DNA of 64,000 nucleotides from positions 135,470,001-135,534,000 of the forward strand of contig OZ024742.1 in NCBI GenBank assembly GCA_964016885.1, given 5' to 3'. The stretch is from Eledone cirrhosa. Taxonomy: Eukaryota. Both the position numbers and the translations under genes were made by a program. The notes under the pieces are model-generated. The model did no database searches, was not told the DNA's origin, and was given only the letters and a program-made list of their open reading frames with translations. Positions 52,301 to 64,000 of this stretch are shown here, piece by piece (positions within the stretch are counted from its first letter, which is position 1; every line of letters begins with the position of its first letter).

Positions 52301-54504
52301 GAAACACTCAACTTTCTAAGGTCTCTGTTAAATTGTCCCCCTTTTAACACTATATATAGTGTTAAATGAAATGAGGTAATACAAGATGGAACACATTTTA
52401 TTTAAGTACTGTTCGATCAGGGTGGACAGTGGACATTTTCTACATGGCTTCATTGCTACACGTCTTTGGAATGCCCATTTAAAATCAGCACGTGTATTAG
52501 CAAACCTTCAATAGAGTGTATTCATACATTTCACGGTACATTTTAGTTAGTTACACAATGTTTTTGTGGTCACTTATCAATGCAGGTATAAATGTTGTTA
52601 AACATTAAGAACGAGAGTTATTTATCAAATAAAGCATACAGAAGATATTACATATCAATTAATTATGACAATTCACAGGTGGTCTGCCACTGCAAACGTA
52701 TAAAGAGCTATAAGGCGATACTAATATCTTTTGGCGAAGTTATTCAACATATTTTCACCGAAATGCACCAGAATAGTGCAACAATCAGATATGAGCCTCC
52801 ATGTTAGATAAAAAAAGAAAAGAAAAAGGAAACATATATAGCATATATGTTTGTGTGTGCATGTGTGTGTATGTTTGTGTGTGTATGTGCGTGTGTGTCT
52901 TTGTGTGTGTGTGTTTGTGTGTGCACGCGTGCGTGTCAGTGTGTGTGAGTGTGAATGTGATCATGCTACAAAAATATTCCAATTATGCTCCATTTCTATA
53001 TATGGTGCGATTATGTGAGTGCATGAGTGAAAGTATAATGGCAGTTACCTCTGTATGTATGTGTGAAAAGACGTTTTCGCCATAACCGATAAGCTGTGCC
53101 GCTGGCTTCCTTTTAACAAAATCTGATACCTACGCCAATTTTATTACAGTTACTCTTTTTATTCCTTTTATTATTCTTTTTTATTTATTTATGTAATCGT
53201 TTATTTATGTTTATTTGTTTTGTTTTTCGGATGTTATTGTTTTTTGTTGTTGTTTTTTTTTCTAAGTTACATAACAGGTCTAATACCATTATCATGAATG
53301 TATAGATTGACACACCTCTCTGCATCCAATTCTACAGCTTCTGAAATTGTTTTAAAGTAATGAATCGTCCATTACATAATTGTTCTTACAAAATCGATAA
53401 TATACAGTCCGAAAATATTTTTATTTAATAATTCAATTTCAAAAGAAAATATTGGAAGGACTGAAAATGGTATAAGTTTAAAATTCATTCGATATCAACT
53501 CACTTTCCGAAATATTGAATATTATTCAACAAAGGGTTGTGGAAACACTGCCTATTTTCAAGATTAACAATATCAGAAACTATGAAATTATTTTGGAACA
53601 AATCTAACCTTACAATCAGGATAATGATGGTGGTGAACGTCAGAGATGAATTTCCCTTCTAGAGAAAATTAATGGTTCCATATGAATTCTATCTTAAACA
53701 TCATTTAGAAACAGTATCACTCTCTCGCCACAAATGAAAATACGCACTTACATTTAAACAGCGACATACCATATGATTTATCCATGTGAAATAAATAAAT
53801 AGGAAATATTTATATGTAATGTAAATTACTGATGTGTTAGCCGTGTTGAAAAACAACACACAATATTAAAGGGAACAAAATAAAGGAAATGAAATAAAAC
53901 AGAAAAAAGATTAATCACCAAAATATCTTTTGTGTCTATATACCCTACATTCATTGATTTTGCCGTCACAAATTGAAAAATTTGTTCGTAATAATTCGCA
54001 AATTACTAACATGTTAATGTCCAATTAATATTCCACAGTTTTAGTTCGAATACAGATATGAGATCAGATTAATACGTTATTGTATTGCTTGGAAATAGAA
54101 TATGCGGCGTGAAATTTGTGTAGTTTCTGCTTACAATAAATTGTATAGTACTTTCAAAATTGTATCCATTTACTTGTTCAATGGATCATATATATATATG
54201 TGATGCACGAGTGTGTGAGAGAGATAATAGAGAGAGTATATGTGTGAGAGAGATATATAGAGAGAGTGTGTGTGTGTATATGTGTGTGTGTGGTATGTCG
54301 GTGTGTGTGTGTCTGTGTGTTTGTTTTGGCGTAATATTTAGCATGTATACATTTATATTATATTTATATTATATATATATATAATTTTTGTCACTTCGTT
54401 CCGCAACATTAACATCAGTTTGCTTCCGTAAACGCCGAGTGCCTGGGAATGTATAGGCCAGTGTGCCGTGTATTTCATATGATGTAATATATTTACCTCT
54501 AAGT

Positions 54505-54715
54505 TTACATGCCAGGTTCCTTTTAAATGCTACTGGTAATATGTAACCCAGTACAACTTGTAATATGACCGTGCCATCACCGCCTAAACCGACAACACCA
54601 CTAATTTTTCATGGTGGTGAGGATAATTTTCGACACCTTGCCTGATGAAAAACAAAAGCTGACTAAGGGTAGAGGAATTCATAGGAGTCAACGGTCATCA
54701 AATAATGTGTGCATA
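54505..54715 (+). mobile_element. Degenerate copy of the putative RTE/BovB-like 5' leader
   Basis: tgctactggtaatatgtaacccagtacaac...ataggagtcaacggtcatc is the reverse complement of about 56510-56700. Confidence 0.65.
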
Positions 54716-55368
54716 TGTATATAATAATATGGGTTTGTAAATATGGATACGTTAATTTAAGAGTGTGCATAGCTGTAGTAAATTGTTTGGTTGGCACTGC
54801 ATGGTCTTTGGTGGCGACTCCGTGTGACCCAATGTCTGTCCAACATGTCACTCAGCGAACTGATGACGTGCAATATATGCTCATTCAAGCTGAACACCTA
54901 GTGTATCTCAGTTCGAAGATTGACCTGCGCGGTAAAAAAGCCACATCCAACATGAGGTGCCGCTGATATGGCTATACTAGAATAGTCTCGCAGAAAAGAG
55001 AGAATCTACAGGAGTAAGCCTACATAAAAATCCTGTTTGTTTCTTTGTAAGAAGTATTTCTTGCAGCGACCATCAGTTAATTTAAATGACCTCGGCGTCA
55101 TAAACACCAGTGGCTTCGCAGATTTTCGACCGTTAATTCGATATTAAGTTGGCACAACTACTCCAGTTAGCTGAGAAATATGTGCGTAAGCAGTTGTGGC
55201 AAACCTCATATATTCTAGCCATTAGAAAAAGCAAAAAGAGTGATTCACTTTCGATAGGAATGTTCACATATTGAGGGTTCTTTAGTAATGACAATCCCAA
55301 ACACAGGCAACGGTATGTATATATATATATATATTTATTAAAATAACAGATTAAAGTTTAAGCAATAT

Positions 55369-55860
55369 CGAATATGGCCATTGCACGATACAACATTATT
55401 AATAATTATCAATTAATGCTATCGTGCAATGCCTGTGCGTGAAGATTTTTTTTAAAGTGAGGAAAGACTGTGCACTGGGCCAATCACACTCTGAGTGACA
55501 GTAGCTATAACCCGAAATGAAAAAAAGATGAACATCTTCGGTAACTACTGATTCGCAGGTTTTATGTAGCATGGAGCTACCAATTATTTCTGTGTCCCCG
55601 CGCATATATATATACATACACACATATATACATGTGTATATATATATATATATTTACACATTTTTGTATGGCCGTTGCCTCTTATGAGTTCTTCTGCCCT
55701 TTGTCAGGTTTTGTTTTTTGTCCTGCAGGGTGTCCAAAATCCCCCTCCTCACAAAGGTAACTTGGTGGGGTTGGCGGTTTAGTCACCGACGACCCGACCC
55801 TGTGACAGGTTGAACTTGGTTCCATGTTACCAGTAGCACGCAAGAGTGTCCCGACATAAT
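55369..55860 (-). mobile_element. Putative RTE/BovB-like 5' leader, copy 1
   Basis: 55369-55566 matches 56151-56348 and 55652-55858 matches 56508-56713. The family label is from recalled BovB 5' UTR motifs, not a search. Confidence 0.55.
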
Positions 55861-56129
55861 ATATATATAGAGTAATATATATACATACATACATGATGGC
55901 TACAAACTCTGCTAAGAGTACTGCAATCGTTTGTCAGATTATAGAGTTTGGTGCACTTTTAGACTATGGCCAGCCACACAAACCTGTAACATATCTCGAA
56001 CAAGCAATGCCTGTGTTTGAAGTTTTTTTAAGTCAGGAAAGGCCTTGCACTCGACCAATCCCACTCTCTGAACATCGAAAACACTACCCGAAAAGGAGAA
56101 CTACATACATACATACGTACATACATACA

Positions 56130-56713
56130 TGATGGCTGCCCCCTCGTTATCGAGTATGGCCATTGCACGATATACCATTATTAATAATTATTAATTAATT
56201 CTATCATGCAATGCCTCTGCGTGAAGATATTTTTTAAAGTGAGGAAAGACTGTGCACTGAGCCAATCCCAATCTTGAGCGAGAGTAGCTATAACCCGAAA
56301 AGAAGAAAAGATCAACATCATCGGTAATTACTGAGCCGCAGGTTTTATATCGGAGTTATCCCAGTTTCCTGAGTTGCCTTCTCCTAGAAGAATGCCCTGA
56401 CAAATGTTAGGGGTCCTTCACTCCCAGTGGCTTAACCGCGCGATCGGGTGTCCAGCCCGACTAATTCGATGTGCCCGTGCATCCATTATATACACATACA
56501 TATACATATTTACACACTTTTGGATGGCCGTTGACTCCTATGAGTTCTTCTGCCCTTTGTCAGGTTTTGTTTTTGTCCTGCAGGGTGTCCAAAAGCACCC
56601 TCCTCACCAAGTAAACTTGATGGGGTTGCCGGTTTAGTCACCAACGACCCGACCATGCGACAGGTTGTACTGGGTTACATGTTACTAGTGGCATTCAAGA
56701 GTGACCCAACATA
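56130..56713 (-). mobile_element. Putative RTE/BovB-like 5' leader, copy 2
   Basis: The reverse complement contains ctaggagaaggcaactc and cactttaaaaaat, motifs I recall from BovB-type 5' UTRs. No ORF follows. Confidence 0.55.
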
Positions 56714-56985
56714 TACATACATACATATATACATACACATATAGTTACATAAAGAGATATAGTTCTAAAGAAGCAGATGTAGAATTAGGAGTGTTGAATT
56801 TGTATTAAATTGCATTTTTTTAAATACTTCTTCCGTAACTTTTTTGTTGTAAACATCAGCAAAGACTAGGGACTCTGCTAAACTGGCAATGATGTAAGTA
56901 GCAGTGTTTATAACAGTTGGTGACTGTTGTCGTTGGAAATACCAGTTATGTTGGAGTTTTGTCTAACAAACAGACAGACACACAC

Positions 56986-57016
<31 letters not shown>

Positions 57017-57634
57017 ATATATATATACACACACATACATACACCCACATTCACACACATGCTTTTCTTTCTTTTTTGTTTATTCGAATTTGTTTTACAT
57101 TTCTTATTTTAATGGGTTATAGAAGTTCGTAAAAATGTCATTAGGGCAACTTCCTGTTACACTACATTCCACTGTCTCTTGATTTAAAAAGAATAGATTT
57201 CTATACTACTGTGTGTGTGTGTGTCTGGTGTGTGGTGTGTGTGTGTGTGGTGTCTTGTTGCTCTTATTTTATGATTCACTATAATCTATCCTTATATTTT
57301 CACACCTGCTCTCAGTAATTAATGGCAATTAAAATAAACATTTATTTCATGTTTTCAAGTATCTCTTCTTATTATTGATTCTATTTTTGTCTTTGATTTC
57401 GCTTAATATGCGATGACTATCACGTATCTACCAGGGAGATAGGGAAGGTATCGTTGGTTTTGACAGTTTTCGATAGCTTGTTTTTGTATTTATTGTTTTG
57501 TCCCCACATTCACTTAACAAGTTACATTAGAAAACTTGATAGTTATAGCAAGTACATCGAGAAAATAAATATAGAAATCTAGGAGGAGATAAAAAGAAGT
57601 ATAAAAGAATATAAAATATAAGAAATAATTTTGC

Positions 57635-57825
57635 ATCGGTGGATTGGCAGTATCAGTAGAGGGTCGGACGCCATGCTTTCCAGCATAGTTACGTCCCTTT
57701 ACGATCTGAGTTCAAATCCCGCCGAGATTGACTTTGCCTTTCATCCTTACGGGGTCGATAAAATAAAGTACCAGTAATGCACTGGGTAATTGCTGGCCTT
57801 GTGCCTAAAGTAGAAACAATTATTA
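57635..57825 (+). mobile_element. SINE family A copy
   Basis: gagttcaaatcccgccgagattgactttgcctttcatccttacggggtcgataaaataaagtaccag. Confidence 0.88.
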
Positions 57826-57882
57826 AATATCAATTAAATTTACTATAAAAATTAAACAGAAAAGATTGTGTGTTTATAAATA

Positions 57883-58370
57883 TTAGAAAGACAAAAATGT
57901 ACGAAGTATGTGGGCGGTACAAGTAAGATCTATCCTTTGGATTTCATAGACACTATAATAACTATCTATGTTTTCTAGAAACATTTGAACACCTTTCTTT
58001 ATACTGCCTTGTGCTCTAATCTCTAGTAAAATAGTTTTGGTTTTAAGGTACCACATTCTGTTTATCTCAATTTCGAAATCTTTATATTTTGAAATTTTGT
58101 CATACTCTTTTGCCGATGCATTTCTGTCAGACGGTACACTCATGACATTGAGTAAGCAGATTTTGTTTTTAAAAAATCATTAATAATAAGAGCGGTTTAT
58201 ATTAATAGTACGATCTGTGTGGGTGATAAAGTTTTAAGGGATAGATATTTTTCAGTTTCAGTTTCTGGTTGTGGTTTGTGTTCATAATAGTTACATGTAT
58301 GTTCTGCATTATACTATTTGCATATGATCCAGTGGATGTATTGCTCCGAATCTGAGAATATTTGCCGGAT
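57883..58370 (-). mobile_element. R4/Dong-like LINE C-terminal restriction-like endonuclease fragment
   Basis: QYIHWIICK..YEHKPQPETE..TDRTI..SVPSDRNASAKEYDKISKYKDFEIEINRMW...TAHILR. Confidence 0.8.
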
Positions 58371-59612
58371 AAATCCTAGTAAAGAGGTTATGATTCTAGG
58401 TAACAAAAATAAAGCCTTTTGTTTCAGTTTTTAATGCCGAACTTCGTAGAAACTGGTGGGTTTGAACTTAAAATATGCGTGGTCGGTAATAAATACCTGG
58501 TGCTTTAGCATTTCTAGCAACATGATGATATTTCACATAAGCAGAATGCCAACAATTTGGCTAGATTGTATATTCCACTCTATGATCATGCTCTAATTTT
58601 GTCAATCCTAGAAATACTGAAGTCATAGTTGCTACAAAGGGATTTTTTTTATCAATAAATTTTTTCTTACTCTTTTTCGCTTCCCTTTTTCCAGTACAAA
58701 TAATGGTTTATAATATGTCTATCTATTTCTGATAATTTTTATGTGATTGGAAGGAAAAATCGGCAAACGTCGATCACTAAAGAGATCACTAACGAGACAT
58801 AAATTATTCCAGTTACTAAATGGCGGTAACTGGCGGAAAAGCCATTTTCTCCTATTCTCTGCAGATTTGACCATTCACTAATACAAGAACGCATGTTATG
58901 AAACTGTCACCAAAATAGTGAAAATAATTTCCAGTTACTAGTCAACATAGAATAGCAGGAATTCATAATTGTGCTCTAACATTTGTTACTTTTACGTCAA
59001 GGAAGGGCAGTGCCCTTCCAGTCTCGTCGAGTATTTAGAAGGAATATATCTTCAAACCGGCGACCTTTCCAGAATAATAGCAACAGATTGGACTTTTTCA
59101 TGATTCAAGCTAGTCGTGTACAACTACGCAATGTATTAAATATACCACCCAAAATTACAATTACCACCCATGTTCTCTGACAAGTATTATAAGTACCAGT
59201 CAAGCACTCTATATTGGTGGGTGATGATCTAATCGGTTATATCCTCCTCTCAAATATCTGGCTTGCGTCTACGACTGAAATCGTAATTAATATCAGAAAG
59301 TATCTTGCTAAGCACAGCAAAATTGGAAACAAAAGCAAAGGAATGAAAAATAAAAACGAAGTAAAAACTTTATTCTGCTTAGTAATCATTGTTAAAATAA
59401 AATATAAAATATAAAATATAACCATTTGAACTTCAGAGTTTTGGAAGTTCCTGTGATTTCAGTACAGGAAACCAAGAACAGTAATCGCTAAATTAAGCAA
59501 TAACAACAACAACAACAATAATATTAAATAATAATGGTAATACTAATTATAATGTCTGGGAGGAAGAATGAGGAGGTGATGATGATGGTTGAGGTGGTGG
59601 TGGTGGTGTTCT

Positions 59613-59653
<41 letters not shown>

Positions 59654-61429
59654 GAAACTGAAGGCCTTGATTTTGAGGTTGATGATATTGTTCTCGGTTA
59701 ACCCTAGATTAGAATGACCAAGTAACAATATAATCAAAGTCATTCCCGCCATGATGGTTCTGCATTCTATCAAATATTGCCTGTCGGACGGCATGTTCTC
59801 CAATGTATTATCCCTACTTTACAACATTTTGAAATTAGATGAAATAGCTATTTAGCTGTATTTACTAGCAATTGAAGTAACATCGCGAAGGATACATGAA
59901 TCAACTAGATAGGTGTACACAATGTTAAAGTTAAACAAAATAAATTTAGATTCTTTATATAACTACGACTTCTATTCTATACGCTGTCGTTATGAATGGA
60001 AAGGTGTCTCTATTGAGACCTGTAATAGCACCTTTATAGTGCGTAGATTGGTGCATATAGTGATACAATGGTGACTGTGGTGGTATCCATAAGGATGTTT
60101 ATAGTTTGCTTTCTATGTTTGTTTCTTGTGGTGCCTGTAGTAGCACATATAGTGGTGTTGTTTGTGGCGACGGCAATAATGTATTGTCATTAACTCTAAC
60201 CGATGTGATGCCTGTAAAGGGGCATATATTATACGTAGTGGTGTATGTAGTAGTACTTGTGGTAGTGCTTGTGATAATATATCTATATTGGAACCCATAT
60301 TAGTGCTGGTAGATGAAGTTGTGTATATAAATGCGCTGCTGTAGTTTTTTGCCGTAGTGCCTGTAGTGTTGTCTAATGTTGTATATGCGGTGGTATTTTG
60401 TAATAGTGTTTGCAATGATTTCTTTCGTAGTATATGTGGTATTACATGAATACTGTATTCCAAATTATAATTCCTGTTACGGTGTCTTTGTTGTTGCTGT
60501 GCTCATATCTCTGCAATGTTGGTTGCCATATAAATTATATTGACAATTCAATTTATAACTACGTGTTTGCTTTGACTATTTGACTCAGAGTATTCAAAAT
60601 TATTTCTGAAAATATACCAACGCACAGGACTTTGTGAAATTCTACCAAAGGTTTGTCGTTCATACTAATTACACACATAATGGAAAACCTGACAATCTGA
60701 AAACCGTCTTTCAACTGAGATTTTTCAAAGAGTTATTAGAGAAAACTTTATTTAAATACGTTTACAAGAGATAAAGGAAACGCAATGTAGATAGATAACT
60801 TTAATACACTCAGTTGATTAAACCTTCAATAAGATAATGAAAATTGGAAGATTTTACGTAATAATTACTTGGATTAGATCAGGTTTTTCCAATCATTATA
60901 TTGCATATGTGAAAATCTATTTAGTATGCAGATTGGATATTGATAATCAGTGTCACTATATTTCCTCATTTTCTATAAATGTTTACCACTCTTAATTTAA
61001 TCAGATCGAAATATATCGATGACTCCACTCCAGTTGCATTGTTTGTAATGTCCAGAAACTTTCTGACAACAAATTCTGTTTGAGTTATCTCACTTGGTTT
61101 TCATGAATTGCTTTCACAAGTTTTTGTCTCTGAATTCTTTTCACAACCCGAGTTGATGGAAGTCCTCTACTTAATCTATTGCATATAAATAAAACTACTT
61201 CGTAATGAGATGCACTTTCTGTGTCATTCGTGTGAGTATATGTGTCTGTTATCAGTGAGGTGTGTCTGAGTATTTGCATATTTATTGCATAATTATTGAC
61301 GGCATTGTGTGTATATTTATGAAAAATTGACTTTGTGAGGGTGGAAGTAAATGTGTGTGTTTGGGCATGCTTAAATGTGTGTACGCGTGTGTATGCACCT
61401 ATTGAGTATAACAATGTATATAGATAACA

Positions 61430-62909
61430 GACCGATTCACTGAGCACCTCCGGGATATTCGTCTCGGTGGTAGTTCCCCCATCGCCCGCCGCTTTGGTGG
61501 CCCTGGACATTCCGCACGCCATCTCACAGTCTGTGGCCTACTCCAATGCCACGGAACACCCGCCAATCGCCTTAGAGTCGAACAAAGAACTATCTTCATC
61601 TTACAGACCCACACTCCCCCCGGCCTGAACTCCCCACTCTTATTCCTTTAGTCTTCGACCGCCCCCCTCCCCCCACACTTATCCCCCACTAACACCACTA
61701 ACACACCGCTCCTTTTCACCGCCCACCCCACAACTAACAATACTAACACCTCCACTCCACCCCTCATCCGACCACCCTTCCCCAACTAACATACTAACAT
61801 CCCTCCCTTCTTCCCCCCCCCCTCCTTATCATACGCACACGTACCCACACACCCTCGTACACCACCAACTCTACACACCCTACCACCACTAACCCCCACT
61901 CACACCCTCGCTCCACACTCACTCATCCCACTAACACCTCTACTAATACACACACACACCCTCCTCACTCCAACTTTCACACCTACCCATCCTCGCCCCT
62001 TTACCATTCCACCGACTGCTGCTATGCCCTCTGACCACCTCCCAGCACAAACAGACACACAGCACTCCCACTGCTTGACCACTTCCTGTTGCGCGCGCAC
62101 CCCACATCTCTCCTCTTCCGACCATCTCTTCATGGAATACTCGTATGCGGAACTTGACCACCACGGAATCCAGTAAACATCATAGGATTTTACCCACTTT
62201 TTAACCATCCTCTTACGGAATCACCTATATAACTCACCCACACACACACCCCCAACATTTCTTTTTCTCCACACGCCAGCTACATCCACAACACGCTTAA
62301 AACCCACACACACGTGCTTTCCACCACATATTTACACCCTCAGCCTCCTGATTCCTCTCTCCCCCCACCCCTCTATCCACACACGCACAGACACTCCGAC
62401 CTACAAACCCCTCCACACACACCTCTTCCTGAACATGCAACCCCGTTCTTCCCCCAACCCTTACTTTCACATACACACACACACACACGTACACCTACAC
62501 ACACACACCACGTTCAGCCCTCCCCGCTCGGACACCCGTCTCCCTCTCCCCACTCCACCCGCCACCACCCCTACACACCCACACCCTTCCACCACCTGTT
62601 TTACCCCCTTTTTAATTTCAGTTTATTTTGATCATGCTTTTATATTTCATTTTATTTCATTCCTTGTATTTTGATCATGCTTTATTTTTATTTTTATTTT
62701 TCATTTCATTCGCACCGTTTCCTTTCGCTATATGTCTCTCCACCACTCCCCTACACACCCTTTGAACTCTGTTCCAACACACTTCTCACCTGAGGAAGGG
62801 CTTATGCCCGAAACGTCGTTCCCCACCACCACCCCACTCTCCAGAGCGTGAAATTAATAAACATTCGTTGTACTGCCTCTCTGTTTTGTTCCTGTTCAAA
62901 TTTTTCCAT

Positions 62910-62910
<1 letters not shown>
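61430..62910 (+). mobile_element. 5'-truncated Penelope-like element (Neptune-like): GIY-YIG C-terminus, C/A-rich UTR and HHR-bearing end
   Basis: 61430-61651 translates DRFTEHLRDIRLGGSSPIARRFGGPGHSARHLTVCGLLQCHGTPANRLRVEQRTIFILQTHTPPGLNSPLLFL*. The element ends in a TA tract. Confidence 0.85.
62788..62819 (+). ncRNA. Minimal PLE-type hammerhead motif
   Basis: ac-CTGAGGA-a-gggc(ttat)gccc-GAAA-cGTC-gt. Confidence 0.7.
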
Positions 62911-62967
<57 letters not shown>

Positions 62968-63031
62968 AGACGCTTTGTAAATGTATCAATGTATGTATTT
63001 ATGTATGTATATATGTATGTACGTATGTATG

Positions 63032-63420
63032 TTCTTCTGGTTTTATAATTTCACAAAGTTTTACCAATAGAGAGAGAGTCGGTTTCTAACATAGACACAA
63101 GACTCTCTCATTGTAATTTACACAACATCAACTAGGTAGGTATGTATGTATGCATGTGTAGATATGGATGTTATTGTATGTGTGGATGTGTATGTTTTGA
63201 GTTGTATGTGTGCAGGTGTGTATGCTTTGCATCTGTATATGTGTATATGCAGTTATTAGATGCAACATTTTTAGAATGTCTTACATATTTTACTGTTCCA
63301 TTAATGGATTGTACTTGTAATTTCCTAACTATTTGTGTTCTTTCTGTTCCTGTGAAGGCTAGCTTCTCAAGATTTCTATTGAGGCAGTTACTATCCTATC
63401 CAAGTGCCCCGATAATATGG
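63032..63420 (-). mobile_element. 3' end of an R4/Dong-like LINE
   Basis: Similar to 29087-29200 plus 29720-29965. It encodes IIGALG*DSNCLNRNLEKLAF...RKLQVQSINGTVKICKTF and ends at (CATA)n. Confidence 0.75.
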
Positions 63421-63584
63421 CGTCTTTAGAGTCATGCGTGGTTTCATATATGTATATATGTTTGTCTTTGTGACCGTGTGTGTGTGTGTGCGTTTATTGC
63501 ACACACACACACCACACTCACACATATAAATACATGCATGTACTCGTGTTCATATGCATATACATACATACACACACACACACA

Positions 63585-63937
63585 TTATATATATATATAT
63601 ATATATGTGTATATATATATGTGTATATATATATATATATGTGTATATGTATATATACATATACATATATATATATATATACATATATGTAGATGTATAT
63701 ATATATATACATATATGTACATGTGTAAATTTATATATATATATATATATACATATATGTAGATGTATATATATATATACATATATGTAGATGTGTAAAT
63801 ATATATATATATATATTTATATATATACATATATGTAGATATATACATATATATATATACATATATATACATATATATATATATACATATATGTAGATGT
63901 ATATATAATATATACATTGTGGCTTTCTAAACTACGC

Positions 63938-63980
<43 letters not shown>
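63585..63980. repeat. Compound (TA)n with a higher-order catatatgtagatg unit
   Basis: Seen directly in the sequence. Confidence 0.95.
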
Positions 63981-64000
63981 GATGTATTAAAGGACTTGAA

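Noticed and set aside
55680-55800. HDV-like ribozyme (cctcctcac...gg)
   Set aside because: P1/P2 pairings are inconsistent between the two copies; a simple hairpin explains the sequence as well.

Overview
AT-rich, microsatellite-saturated eukaryotic DNA. The repeat landscape suggests a coleoid cephalopod such as Octopus; this is inference, not a database match. I can identify no intact host gene, and the many IYIY/CVCV/RERE ORFs are microsatellite artefacts. The window is a nest of mostly decayed mobile elements. (i) Two minus-strand Helitrons are joined head-to-tail (11580-21354); they share 5' ends but carry divergent RepHel pseudogenes. A mini-Helitron and a detached 23-aa-repeat fragment lie nearby. 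(ii) Penelope-like elements (PLEs) include a Naiad-type RT/GIY-YIG element in inverted arrangement (22265-25548) and a second GIY-YIG 3' fragment (61430-62910). (iii) There are fragments of Tx1/L1-like, R4/Dong-like, RTE, BovB-like and CRE-like LINEs, and at least three tRNA-derived SINE families. The most interesting signal is a recurring set of short non-coding inserts between (TA)n tracts. They carry hammerhead-ribozyme (HHR) core motifs (CUGANGA...GAAA...UH) and fold back on themselves, often with the inversion apex at the HHR. One is a 659-bp-period tandem unit with a well-formed HHR (10491-11535). All calls were made by eye; ribozyme activity and family assignments need computational or experimental confirmation.
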